A stretch of DNA of 62,125 nucleotides, filler included, from Sphacelaria rigidula (Eukaryota), in NCBI GenBank assembly GCA_964200075.2. It is 11 parts of 11 records of this genome, joined end to end, with 100 filler letters (N's around TTAATTAATTAA, not from the genome) between each part and the next. Parts side by side here need not be neighbours in the genome. Positions count along the whole stretch, not along the records: positions 45,258 to 50,813 come from CAXNAA020026358.1; positions 50,914 to 56,469 come from CAXNAA020026359.1; positions 56,570 to 62,125 come from CAXNAA020026360.1; 8 more parts are not named here. One strand, written 5' to 3'. The notes under the pieces were generated by a model. The model was not told the origin of the DNA. It saw only the letters and a program-made list of their open reading frames with translations, and searched no databases. The number at the start of each line of letters is the position of its first letter. The first letter of the stretch is position 1. Shown here piece after piece: positions 49,677 through 62,125 of this stretch. The position numbers and the translations under genes are program-made.

Positions 49677-50403
49677 TGTAACGGTAAGCACTAGCAAGCA
49701 AGCCGCACTCCAAAATATGTGAGTGTGACCCGCTGGTCCTGTGTTCGGCTCGTTAACTCAAGCAGTAAGGTTCTCTCGCACACGGCACACTTCAACAGCT
49801 GACAGTTGTTGTTGTGAGTAAGCACCGAACTCTTTCAGAAAAAGAAAAGCCACAAGACACAAAAGGGTTATGTTACACGTGACTCGCTCGTGTTAGCTTG
49901 TCATGGCTTGCAGGCCAGAAGGTGAGACGCCGCGCAGAGCAAATGAAAAGCTGATGGTCTTTCTTGTGATTAGTTATACGGTAAGCCTTTCTCTGGCAGG
50001 TGGGTCGCAAGTGAACTCGTGGGCGATGGTGGGCGCTGCTCGACCTTACCCTCAAAAACTCTTAGCTACGCATACAATGGCCATAATACCAACTCGCTGT
50101 GGCGCGTGCCCCACATGGCCAACCCGATACAAGCAACCCGACTACAAAATCAGCCTGACGCGCCATGCTGTGGCCAATCACAGCGTCCGTGGAAACGTGC
50201 GTAGTTGCACGGCCGAGAATGCACAGACCAGTCTGGAGATTCCTTGGATCCTGCAGCAATATCCAAAAAAGCATCGCTTACTTATCTACTTTATAATCAC
50301 ATGTTTGACTATAACTTTTTCATACCCGACGGTCGTTTCTGAGGACCATTTGCAAATCCCAAAGAACTAGCTTAATTCAGGCACTCAGTCATTTACCATC
50401 ACA
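49677..50403. mobile_element. Solo LTR (727 bp) with 4-bp TSD
   Basis: CGTA | TGTAACGGTAA ... TTACCATCACA | CGTA; the purine-rich LINE sequence resumes right after. Confidence 0.8.
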
Positions 50404-50813
50404 CGTAAGTATAGTTGGTACCGGAATGGAAATGGATCGGGCAGGAGCGAAAATTTTGGAAGGATGGCGGCAGTTGGTCAAGACTACAGCGAGTAAAGTC
50501 ATAGGGAAGAAATTGATCGTATGCAACAGAGTAGTAAAATGGTGGGACGAGTAAGAAAAAGAGGCTATAAGAGTAAGGAAAGAGGTCCACGAGAGATGCG
50601 TATCGAGTAAAACCACGACAGGATAGGAGGAGCATACTGAAGCTCGAAAGGAAGTAAAGAAGATGGTACAAAAGACAGATAAGGGAGTATGGGAAGAGGT
50701 AGTGACGGAACAAATAAAAATACCGATGGCGGGATGGAACAAATGTGGGGGGTGTACTCATGATCATGCATGCCATAGTCATCAGACCATTGACCTCGCA
50801 TCCCTACAAAGCC

Positions 50814-50913
50814 NNNNNNNNNNNNNNNNNNNNNNNNNNNNNNNNNNNNNNNNNNNNTTAATTAATTAANNNNNNNNNNNNNNNNNNNNNNNNNNNNNNN
50901 NNNNNNNNNNNNN
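50814..50913. other. Artificial contig-joining spacer
   Basis: N44-TTAATTAATTAA-N44. Confidence 0.98.
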
Positions 50914-50927
50914 AGCTAATGTGATGG

Positions 50928-50930
<3 letters not shown>

Positions 50931-50990
<60 letters not shown>
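50931..50990. repeat. (AAT)n microsatellite
   Basis: ~19 units. Confidence 0.95.
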
Positions 50991-50993
<3 letters not shown>

Positions 50994-53900
50994 GCATGAA
51001 TTGGGTTGTGATCGTACGCATTGTCGCGTTTATTGACGGTTCCGTGCACTGACGAGACTCGGCAGAGCGGAAAGTATGTCCTTCTTTTATTGTTCCTTCA
51101 ATATCCACTCATCACCGATGACGCATACGCCATGCAGCAAGGGTTTCTCCCGAGCTACCCAATTCATGCAAGCAAGCAAGCAAGCAAGCGGACGGTGTGG
51201 GCGTCTCGTGTCATACGCGGTACATCTATCAACATTAACTCTCAACTACGTGATTGGCCCAATCTCCAATTGCCCTCCCAATCCGTGACGTATTCAATCT
51301 GACCATACTTGCACATAATCCAACGCTAGTACACATGCACAAGGGTCTATTCCGGAATATTCGAATAGCCTCCCTGACCGAAGCTTGGCCCTCGAAATTC
51401 ACCATCACGCGGACAAAATCTTAGATTTCCTTACTCACGCCCAAGTCAAACAATGCTTATGACGTAATTACAGTGAAATTTAAAATGGCTCTCGGCAACG
51501 TAAAAGGCCATATACCTATCTGGAAAACACTACATCCTATATAATGTGCCCCCCTAATCCAATATTACTTTTCCACTCGCGGGAGTAAACCCCAGTAAAG
51601 ATCACGCTCTGTCTTTTTCGTATTCCAACAAAAACATGTAATCCAAAATTCAAATCAACGAATCAAAATGCCCAAAATAATCCGCTGTGGGCCGTGAGAT
51701 ATCGAAGGGTTCACGTTATCACATCCCCCGACCACCCGACCCCGCTTCTCTTCGTGACGAAAGTTCTTCGTTCGAAACATATGCACTCATGCCAAAGACA
51801 AAAAAAAAAATTCAACTCGCGTTAGTATCTGGGTGAAGCAAGAAACCGTAGTGAATGCGATCGAATTCGAACTCAGGTACAGTAGCACATGTTGTGCGGA
51901 ACGATCGACACGGTGGTAAAGTACGGAAAAATTAAAAAAGGATCGAACCGAAATCCCAACGTAAGATCAAAACCATAATTATGAACATCCAAATGTTTTG
52001 CCCCGCGCTAAGTACTTCTGCTAAAAATGATCCCCAGCAAATTCGTTCACTTCACGCATCCTAAAATGCCTTGTGAAGCACGCCAACAATTAACTGTTGA
52101 TGAGTCCCACACATTTTATCAAATGAACTACTGCAAAAAGGCAGTGGTCGCATAAGCGCGTCCTCATCTAAACCTGATGGATAGAGAGCCTTTATTCAGA
52201 ATCAATATGATACGAAGCATGATCCTACGGACAAGCTGGAGCTGTCAACAAACGAATACTTGAAACGCCACATTTGGAGCATAGAGATATTTTCCAAAGT
52301 ATATCTCCGGTCTCTGCATTTCTCCTCTGGCCATAAGCGTCGACTCCATCTTCGTGCTCCATGCCAATTCATCCGCTTCCTCGTATTCTACGTCATTCTA
52401 GTGCTCCCTTGAATACCGTTAGGAGTATTGAGGAGGCTGAATGGATTCATACTGTGCGTTCATCTTTGCGTTTTTTTACTGTTTTAAGGAACATGGGGTT
52501 CATTGGCAACTAGCCGAGACTGCCATCCATACATGAAGCTTTCTTCTAATGTACTGACTGACGCAAAAATTCGTTGAAACGAAGTATTGACATGTTACAC
52601 AGTGTTGAGGAAGGTATTCATGATTTGAGCTTTCGAATGCTAAAGTAGGTGAACTTGCGGCGTCTATGCGTTGTTGAAAGGTATTTGTTCATGGTATGAT
52701 CGGGTTTTCTTTCTCAGTTCCTAGTCATTTAGTGTTGAGTACATGTATTTGGTATTTGGAGTGTTCTTGTCGTCAGAATGAGGCGTTATTTGATATTCAG
52801 GATCAATCACGAAGACTTGTTCCGTGAGCAGGGGGGCTGATCGAATATATATCCTCACACTCAAGGATAAAATACGTGTGCATGGGACATATACCTGAAC
52901 GTACGGGAAAGGATATCAACATTGCATTATATGACGTTTCAGGTGAATACGGATAGAAGGGTTGCCTTGTTAGTTGGGGCATTTGAATAATCCAAGTTAA
53001 GGTATACCGGATGCCATGCTTGCAGTAAGGGTCCACGCAAGGCACACGATTTGGGGTACGGTTCCAATTGTCACGGATTCCGATGGTGTTAGCTCCCCCC
53101 CCCCCGGTGTTGATTGCGTACTTAGGCAGTATACGTTGATGTTCACATAAGTGTACTTCGGCTGTTCTTCGACAGTCCTTCATCTGTGGTTTTCGTCGGG
53201 TGTTCAATGAATCTGATACCCTTGGTTTTTGGTGTACATCGACCCGGTGCGGCCGCTAGGGATGAACGGAGTCTCCTCGACAATTGGGTTCAGCATCGCG
53301 GTGAGGATTGCACCCACTTGTGGAATTTCGCCATTTTGGTGTAAATAGTTTGAACAACGACAGCGCTTTCGGCTACTTCATTTATTTGAGTTGAAACACT
53401 GGATGGAATTGAATATGGATATTCAAAGTGTCAAAATGACTATGAAAAGCTGAGAGAATGCGCCTTCGCCGGCTTCTCAAAGGCGTGAAGAAATACGATG
53501 CTACAGTTTTTTCAGCTCGGATATTCAAGAAATAATAATCGTCGTAGCTCGAAGACGTTGTATTCACATCGTGTGCATCAAGCTCGTCTACATTCATTGC
53601 GTCAATATCCATTGCGTCCGTTACGGGCGCGGTATGCGAGTGGTGTGTGATGGAGCGCCGCTTTCCCAACAGTTTGATTTCACTGAAAACTGACCATTTT
53701 TATTTACATGTTTGGGAAATTCTCCCAGTTTCCAGAGTTGTTTTATGAAATGAATCTTTAAAGTCGCGTTTGGTACGAAGTCTCTGGAAACCCACCTCCC
53801 GAGATTATTTTATGTCTTAAGCAGCCTAAACCATACTGGAATGTGTACCGAGCATTTCGGTATGGTTCACAGGGATCGAGCCTTGTTCCGAACAATCTGG

Positions 53901-54454
53901 TATCGTCCGGAATCGTATCTGCCGATAAAGTACCTATATTTAACTCCTGTAGATACCCGAATTCCAACCGGTATACCTACATAACACAACTTTGGAAAGT
54001 ACTCCTAATCGGATGTGTCGTGATTCGGGCACAATATCAGGATGAAGAAAGGTCTCCTAGAAAATGGGGTTCGGTACCGCGGTGAGGTCGAACCTTCTTT
54101 TGGAATTTGCCATTTTCGTGTGAATTACTTTTAACAACGAAAGCACTTTCGGCTCTTCTGTTTGTGTCAATACAATGGACGGAATGAAAAATAGAATCTT
54201 TTTGAAGAGTCTCAAAACGGCTTCCCAAGGGCGTGAAGAAATAAGTTGCTTTTCAAGCCCTTTCGTGAAGCACGAACACCTTTCTATGAAGCAAATCCTC
54301 ATTTTCACCTCTAGTGTGTTGTTGCGTGCTGCTGCTGTGTGAATATTGGTGTATGTGATCGACTGATGCGTGTGGGAAGCACTCTAAATCCTGTTTTTAG
54401 AATGCCAATCATGACCACTGCCATCGTTTGCACGCAGGCTAGATTATGACCTTG

Positions 54455-54796
54455 CATACGCGGCCATTTGGCTAGCTCCAAAATTCCTCCCGGTGGGTAA
54501 ACGTTTCGGGCCTCCTGAGGAATTCAACGCCTCCGGAGGGGGGCGCGGCCCTCCAGAGGAGATTATATGGTTTTCTCCAGAGGAATGAAACCTCTCCGGA
54601 GGCTTATTTTTGCCTCTGGAGGGCCGCGCATACCTCCAAATTCCCCCGGAAGGGTACACGGGGTACACGGCCCTCCGGGTCTGCAGAGTTTGGTTTCTTC
54701 CAGAGGGATTGAAGTTCTCTGGAGGCTTGTTTTCCCCCTGGAGGGCCGCGCATCTCTCCGGAGGCATTTTGGGGTGTAGCCAAATGGCCGCGTGTG
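54455..54796. mobile_element. CMC/EnSpm-like non-autonomous element
   Basis: TG | CATACGCGGCCATTTGGCTA ... TAGCCAAATGGCCGCGTGTG | TG; interior packed with CTCCGGAGG/CTGGAGG/CTCCAGAGG motifs. Confidence 0.75.
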
Positions 54797-56469
54797 TGGG
54801 TGTGCAAACCTCCCAGAATCTTTCACAGGGTTTTGAAAATGGCATTATTTTAAAAAATCACTGTGGCAAGCCCGCTGCCCTACACTTTTTCAATGTTTTT
54901 CTCAGCCCGCAAAAATCGAACTTTGTATTCCTAGGTACTATAGGCTCTTTACCGATGATGCTATTTAGGTCTTTTTAATGTAAATCATTTCACTAAAAGC
55001 AATGCCTGCCCAGTGGAAATTACGCTCTAATTCTGCTCGCAACGTGGAAATCTTGCTCGATTGCCTATGCTCTTAGTGCTCAACAACGATGCTGTTTCGG
55101 ACAGGAAACATCAGAACATTGATATATCGCTGTATGTACGTGGTATATATATATACTATATTATGTAGAGTGATGCTGCGGTAGCCCCCCTCAAACCAGC
55201 CCCAAAAAACAGCCACGAAGAAAAGTGCCATGTAGCGCATGATGGGCATTGGCGTTGCCGACTGCATGATTGGCGTGGGGGTTTCCACCTGCTCGATGTG
55301 CTCGGGTTTCGTTATTTTGGTCTACGCGTAAATTTTACCTCCTCAGACCAGCCATATTCCTGGCGGGGGCTATCGCGGCATCACAATGCGCTACCTGCGT
55401 GCATTTGTACGATTGATTACGGTATGTTCCTCCTGTCGTCATACACTGTACGTAATACATAGTGTCTACTCTACGTAATCCATGGCGTGTGATACGCCGG
55501 ACTTCCACTGCCGTATAGGCATACATGGCAAATTATGGTAGGAAAACTATTGATTATAGTATCCTCCATTATCTGGTGTGTACAATGGGCCTATGTTGTA
55601 CGCATCACTACACAGAGTCTGATGCAAACGTATGTCGCAGCTACACTTGAAATGACAACTCACGAAATCATATGCTTTGTTCACTAGTCGCATGTACCAT
55701 GTCGAGGAACTCGTGTCCAAAGCAGATCGGATTCTGGATGATCGACGAGAATTTTTGAATGGGGCTGAACCCGCCTTCCGAAAATTAACAGTTTCCCCGC
55801 AACGGTTTTGCAGAAACAACCAATCGAGGATTCTATTTGTCTGTTGAAATTTCCTCTAGGTTGCATTGTCGCGTATTGTTGCTCCGGTGTTAAAGTCGTA
55901 TCTTCTCCTTTACACATTCGAAACGGCTTTCACCAGGTGAGAGTAGGAACTTTCGTTGGATTCCTTCGGGTGCCATAAAAAAACGTCCCGGGCTTTTTTC
56001 GAACGTCTCTCGAAATTTTCAAGGAGGAACTATTTTCATTAATGAGATGTGAAGTCTCACCAGTCGTGTTTCGGAGAAGAAAATCATAGGTTTACCGATG
56101 TACAAATTAGAAAAGTCATAGGTTGGAAACTCCCTGCCCATTGAGGATTTCCCTAGAACTCGATAAACATCCCGGCATAATCTTCAAAGATAAAAGAATC
56201 CGATGACAAACGGCCTCCCTCACGTGGTGCGAGAACCGTTTTAAATGTACGACAGGAGATACATGAGGCTCCGGACACCGGAGCAACAATGCAAGGCAAG
56301 TTATGGGAAGTTTCAACAGAAAAATAAATTCTCAGTAGCTGCTTGTTGTTGCAATACTGTTGTTCCGGAGGAGGTTTAAATTTTCTGAAGTAAGGTTTGT
56401 AGCCCAAAATGGTGCCAAGCCATTGCGTTTATCATGTAGGATTCTGGATGATGATTATGTGATAGGGTA

Positions 56470-56569
56470 NNNNNNNNNNNNNNNNNNNNNNNNNNNNNNN
56501 NNNNNNNNNNNNNTTAATTAATTAANNNNNNNNNNNNNNNNNNNNNNNNNNNNNNNNNNNNNNNNNNNN
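56470..56569. other. Artificial contig-joining spacer
   Basis: N44-TTAATTAATTAA-N44. Confidence 0.98.
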
Positions 56570-57835
56570 TCTTACGACGATAGCATGCATGATCATGGGT
56601 ACCCCCCCCCCCCCGCTTGCCACTCCTCCTCAGGGATGAAGTGGGCGCATCCCCTCCCCAAACAATCTCGGCGGAAAGGGAGAGTTATCCGACGTGTGAG
56701 CAGTTTGCAGCCGAATAACAATGAATCTGACCACATGAGCGGTACCAATAGAAAGTCTACACTCTACTCCAAGTAGCCATACCTTTCGCTTCTCTTCACG
56801 GGACTGCAAACACCCTGGGGAAGATGTATTCCACCCCCTCCTTACTTACGTGCTGGGATCATAATCTACCGTCATGTCTTCCTGAAATTGAACGTCGATG
56901 CCCCTGAAGACGCGAGTACTCACTAAAGCATATGCATCCTACTTGCTTCTTCGAGACCACTCACCCCTCGCCCCTGACAATTGGATGGGCATCTCCTCCC
57001 CGAACACCTCACCCGGGGGGGTGTCACCTGACGTATTGACCTTTTGCGGCAGGAGTACATGGTACTTCTGAAAGCATGAGGTTTCGTCGAAACATCAACA
57101 CCCTTCGATAATCCCCGGGGATAGTGCGGAGCACTTCAGGTCATTTGCGGCAAGCAAAAGCTGTGGATACGACCCCCGGGGACGGCTAATATCGCGTCCC
57201 CGCAATATCTTGGGCCCAATCTTGATATGAGACATCCCTTGCATTGCAAATGTTTTTGACGTAGTCGTACGTGTCATGCAGTACATTGTCAACTCCCCAT
57301 CAGGTCGTGAATATAGTGAACGAAACAAAACCAAAGCATGGCAGCACTAGCCCGAAATTCATTCTACACTTAAATGGATTGGTCAGCATTTCGATCTAAG
57401 TACTGGAACTTCACTTCGAGTTTGCGAAGCCTGACTTGACACCAACTTTGAAAAAGGTTATGTCTATGCTCACGATTTCGATAGAGTAGATGCGATTTCC
57501 GGATTGTCATTTTCGATAACGTGTCTTGATTACCCTGGATTAGCAATGTCGGATGTAGATGGGCCATTCTCCAGTCAAGGCGGGTTTTATCGTATCGGTC
57601 ACCTCGAATTCGGTGTCTCCACCACATTCCTGGCCGGCACAGGTTTCGCTTGTCGACTCAGGTCAGGATTGGGCCCGCGAGACCTCGCCCTGGGTTACTG
57701 CGGAAGTACCTTACGATGGCGGAGCACTGCTGGCACAGTAGTCAAACCAAGATCTCTTCACGTGATTCTGCATCGATAACAAGCTCGACCACCCATGTGC
57801 ACTCTCTCGCTTGTTCCCATCCAACATGCGTTCAG

Positions 57836-60800
57836 GTGACAGCGGCGAGTCGACTCTGCAATGCAACGTGGCCGTCACTGTGTCCGAGGACGTGGTTGTA
57901 TTGGATGAGGCCCTGGTCGCCGATGACGGTTTCACGTGCTCCGCCGTCTACGCCGTCACTGCCGACGACGTCAACAACCTCGAGCGAGGCAGCACAGTGA
58001 CCGCTTTCGCCCAGGACGTGTACGGCTATGAAGTGTCAGACGCAGATGCGGAGTTGGTGGATTTGCACCAGGTGAAATACAAAGAAGTATGCTCTGAAAG
58101 CATTGTGCGTCTTGTAAAGGCCCGGGCGGGGGTTCGTGGGACATAGTTGATGGTGTGTAGAAAGGGTATCACGCGGGGCCCCGATGAGCAAGCTCTGTGA
58201 TGGCCTTTGGGGTGTGCATGGCCGAGGAAAGAAACGGGGGTGAACAGAGTCAACGCGTTGATATTTAACTACAACACGCTTGTCATTGTCAAGTCCGTGG
58301 TGAGTACGGCCTGCATCGATCACACGAGACAATCGCGTATCACGACAAGTTGTGCTTATAGAGCTGGGTGTAGACGTGCAAACTGCAATGCAGTCGTGTA
58401 TTGGATAGCCGCGCCGTATCCCCCTGGCGCTGCCGATGACCATGCTCTTCCCGTTTCCCCACCGTGTCGTTTTCAGGTCGGCAGCGTTCGACTCTCGGTG
58501 ACGCCGACCTACTCCGGAGACACTGCGTCTACGACCGATGACGAGGTCGGCTACACTTATACTATCACCAACAATGGTTTGTTGAACCTGCACGGTATTG
58601 AGATAGCGGTGGATGGTCTGGCATCAAACGGGGTATCCGTCACCTGTGGCGATGTCGGGGGCGGGTTTGTTGTAGGGGAGGTCCCCGGGAATATCACGGG
58701 GCTGGCCGCGTATCCTGACAATGGTCTATCCCCTGCCGCATCTCTAACGTGCACAGCGACGGACAAAGTGTCTCAAGCAGAGGTGAGGAGTCGTTCGGCA
58801 GCGAACACCTGAAGCAGTGATGATTATACCTTTGGGCAAGCGCAGTGACCGCGTAACGCACACTCGGAAAATTTTGTTTTGATGCGCTTCTATTTCCTTT
58901 CCGCGCAGACTTGTGGTGTTCGATGTATATTCCATGATCATGTGTGCAGGTACGTAGCGGCACGGGGGGAAGAATCTTGAGCGCTTCTCGTTTGTTCTCA
59001 CCACCGTGCCGGTCGATGCTTGCGTTTGTCTCAGATTAACGTTGGAGTGAAGACAGATTCAGCTGCAGTGAAAGCATTTCACGAGAACGATGCCGACGAG
59101 TTGAGCAACGAGCCCGTTGTTGATGACGCAGGCTCTAGCGTTTCTCTGAATCAGGTGACAGCACGTGTGTTGCGACACGAGGAGAGGGCATCTCGACCGT
59201 CATGGGCAGACTAGGGTCATCTGCGGCGTGTGTGGTCGGAGATGGATACGGTGGCATGTTGCTTGCTGTTCGTGGGCTATGCAGTGCTGATGTAGTATTT
59301 GCTTGGGATGTTAAATATCGTGTGATAGGCGAGAGATCGATGTCCAACCGAGTCGAGTATATCGGGCAAGGTTTGAGTAGAAGAGTGTGTTCGGTTGACG
59401 GTGTACCTTCGACGATGGTATGGTCCTCACTGCAGCGAGGGGAGCACATACCGGTTGCCTTACGAAGAACCAGATCGCAGGCATTGTCGTGGCTGTCCAG
59501 TGACGAGCAGGTCACATAAACTCTTGTTATAGCGTGGAGCTTGACGCGCGTGCCCGCCGTTTCGCCCACAGGAACCCGGGGTCGAGGTCTCGCAAAGCTC
59601 GAGTCACCACCCGGTCGACGATGGGAGCGGCCTAGCCACAGCGGGCGAGACGATCCAGTTCAATGTTACGTCGACAAACACTGGGAATGTGGAGATCATA
59701 AACGGCAGCATATCCAATGAACTGTTCAGATATGATGGCGGTGAGTGAACATGCTGTACCTGTGTGGCGGAGTACGTAGTTGTCTTGCGTCTGGCGAAAT
59801 TCGACAGCACATTTGACGACGACGGCGTTCGAGGATTGAGATCACAGGAGCACATTGAGTAGACGTCGTTCACGCGGGCCGAGAATGCAGTTGTCCGATA
59901 TTATGTCGATCCCTCAGAGGGACAAACTCGCCGCACCCGTTGCAGCTTCAGTTGCTTACGTTTTCCGACCCGGTAGATAAAATCTTACCAGGATGCCGTG
60001 TAGCGTTTCCGACAGGTCCCTGTGTGCCTGACTCTCCTGCGAACACATCAGGGACCTACGGCATGGGATGCCGCGACGGTATTCCTAACCCGTGGCTGGT
60101 TGGCAAGACCTTTACCTGCACTCCTGACTACACGATATCTCAGGACGATATCGATGCCGGCTCGGTCAGGAGCACGACGAGGTAGGACGCGCGTTCCGCG
60201 TCTAGTGGGCGTAGGAGAACTCTGTAGCTTTCTGGATCCACCTTAGTATGGTGACAGATTGGTGGTTCAACCAGCTTGGAGGTCATGATCCGCACCCATT
60301 GACATTGCTGCCTCGAGGCCCGCTATTCACTCGATGTCAGGCCGCCACGCCACAAGCTCTAGCGCCATATCCGACTCAGTCTTTGCGTTATGGCTCCATT
60401 ATTTTCGTATCGGTTGCCACGTCACCAGCTGGGCGCGTCATGAGAGTCGTACCGGGTTCCACTGTCTGTACGTGGACTATACCGATGGACGTTATCATCT
60501 GTTGTTCGCAGACAATAGGCGCTGGGTCCTAGCTGAACCAAGCCCGTATGATGGTTGGGGGTATGTTTGGAAAGATAAGGGGGACTTTCTTGTTGATATT
60601 GAGGATATGCGGGTTCTCTTTTTTGGTTTCTCTGCCACGGACACAGATTTCGGGTTGTTTAGGTATCGTTATGAATCGGCATGTGATTCCCGCGTCCGAT
60701 CGCGATTGCCCTAAGGTGCTGGAAATGTTGTTGTGCTCCGGGACACAACTACTCTTCGTGGAATCCGGTCGTCATTGTTATCTCCCGTACATCAATGTTG

Positions 60801-61576
60801 GTGATCCAAGTTGTGCCGTCGCACAAGCCCGTGGTAGTTCAATCGCCCGTCGGGGAGGGTCGGGTTGGTACTCGTGCTCACATACCTGGCGTTCCTACGA
60901 CGTTGAAAACGCCCCCCCCCCGCTTGCATTTGTTGTCGAAGGGTGGATGGCTACCTGCCTTTGGGAGACGCGGTTACGACCTCATCTTCAATCACGCAGA
61001 CACTCCACCGAACGGCGGGTGTTGCCACGTCAGTAAATGCGACGATGCGAGACTCGGACCTTGTTCCGGGTGACTCTGCCGGCGACACAATCCAGTACAT
61101 GATCCAACTGGTCAACGAGGGCACAACAACGCTGACGGGTATCAGCGTATCTAGTGCTCTCTTGCTGGCCCAGGAAACCAGGTATTGCGGTCGACGGTTC
61201 CCATCGGGCCGTTCGTTTCGCGTCATTGAATTATTTGTTCTCCGAATTTGGTGTTCGAGCTACCGACGGAAACTCATTGAGTATTTGTTTTTGTCGTCAC
61301 CACCGTGGTCACCGTGGTAAGCTTGTGCGAAAGACCTCTCCCGTGTTTAAATCTACGAGAATGTTTGACTCCGAGCACGGCGGGTGCTTGTTACGGGCAC
61401 CCCGCTATGGTGTCGCCGAGATCAGAGGTTTCCAGGGTACGAAATGGGACCGTATGTTTCCTTACCCCTTCCACACCCGCAGCTCGTACGATGGCGCGGC
61501 GATTGTATGTGACCCTATACTGGAGGGACTGCAACTTTCCCCTGAAGCAACGACGAACTGCTTGGCCGTGTACGAG
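57836..61576 (+). CDS. Spliced gene (partial at both ends) encoding tandem DUF11/DUF7507-like Ig-fold repeats; probable large surface/extracellular protein
   Basis: Exons 57836-58071, 58477-58782, 59035-59154, 59572-59740, 60016-60181, 60942-61181, 61483-61576; GT-AG introns, phases 0,0,0,1,2,2, no stops. Repeated motifs DEVGYTYTITNNG / GETIQFNVTSTNTGNV / GDTIQYMIQLVNEG and FTCSAVYAVTADDV / LTCTATDKVSQAEI / FTCTPDYTISQDDIDAGSV. Confidence 0.88.
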
Positions 61577-62125
61577 GTGAGCGATCACGAGAGCGAGGCA
61601 CGGTGCTGAAACTACGAGTACCTACCCGTTGTACCTCATGGCCCCCCTGTCACGGATGTGCTCCGGCGAAACGTTTTCCTTGTCATTTTCGCCTGGGCTG
61701 CTGAAACGTCGGGGGTTGAAGGCAACTCCGTATCATCGTTGACCCAACAGATAAAGTTTCATCCTGTGCTCACCTTGTTGGGTGTAGACAGGCGGGACCT
61801 ACAAGTCGTGTGGTGGAGGCCGGCTGTTTCACCTTCACTTCGCCTCGCAGCACCCACTTGTTCTTTCTCCGCGTCAGCTCCTTGACCTACTCGATATTCG
61901 TCCGATAGCCGTGTGCGCACCCCGTGCTAGCCGTAACGCGCTGTCGCGGTTGCTCCGCCTGCCGGATGACGACAACGGTCGCGGCGCGGTTCCACAGCTA
62001 ACGTTCCATATTCGTGGCAGTAGTCAATGACTCAACTGCAGCCCACCTCTGAGTCATCCTACGATAGGGGGGGGAGGTGGTTTGGGCCATTTGTTGCTCG
62101 AAATTTCGAGTCAGATCGTCGTTGA

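Larger units (their letters stand above)
48330..50745 (+). pseudogene. Decayed LINE ORF2 (APE endonuclease and linker) of a second clade, interrupted by two insertions
   Basis: LDIVGIQE, ESVWVRV, GNIYTSP, VGDFNARVG, SVLDY, DVGTTGH; resumes after 49499 and after 50403 (KIWQLVKT-like, VKWWDE). Confidence 0.8.

Noticed and set aside
55547..56460. SWIM/MULE transposase remnant (FKCSCDIRLHQTLCSDAY)
   Set aside because: Only a vague CxC...C pattern without the His; no other motifs.

Overview
This is not one contiguous locus. It is 11 unrelated eukaryotic contigs of 5,556-5,558 bp, apparently sorted by size and joined by an artificial 100-bp spacer (N44-TTAATTAATTAA-N44, stops in all six frames), so neighbourhood across spacers means nothing. 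Intron style, the transposon spectrum and (CCCTAA)n repeats suggest a stramenopile, probably a brown alga (inference only). There are two partial spliced host genes. One is a PDZ-like plus VPS9-type helical-bundle protein (12868->16760, 5 exons). The other is a probable surface protein with bacterial-type DUF11/DUF7507-like Ig repeats (<57836->61576, 7 exons, all phase-compatible). The rest is transposon-rich: an Ngaro-type tyrosine-recombinase retroelement with split direct repeats whose recombinase is interrupted by an internally deleted plant-mariner-like element; three LINE remnants, one carrying a nested MITE and a solo LTR; a probable decayed KDZ/CxC transposase; six distinct MITE types, most with clear TIRs and TSDs (one carries telomeric repeats); and 63-, 43- and 22-bp tandem arrays. 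I found no CRISPR, rRNA or tRNA genes, and no clearly new biological system. The best leads are the intron-containing bacterial-type adhesin gene, the KDZ-like remnant, the telomere-repeat MITE family and the 63-bp array.
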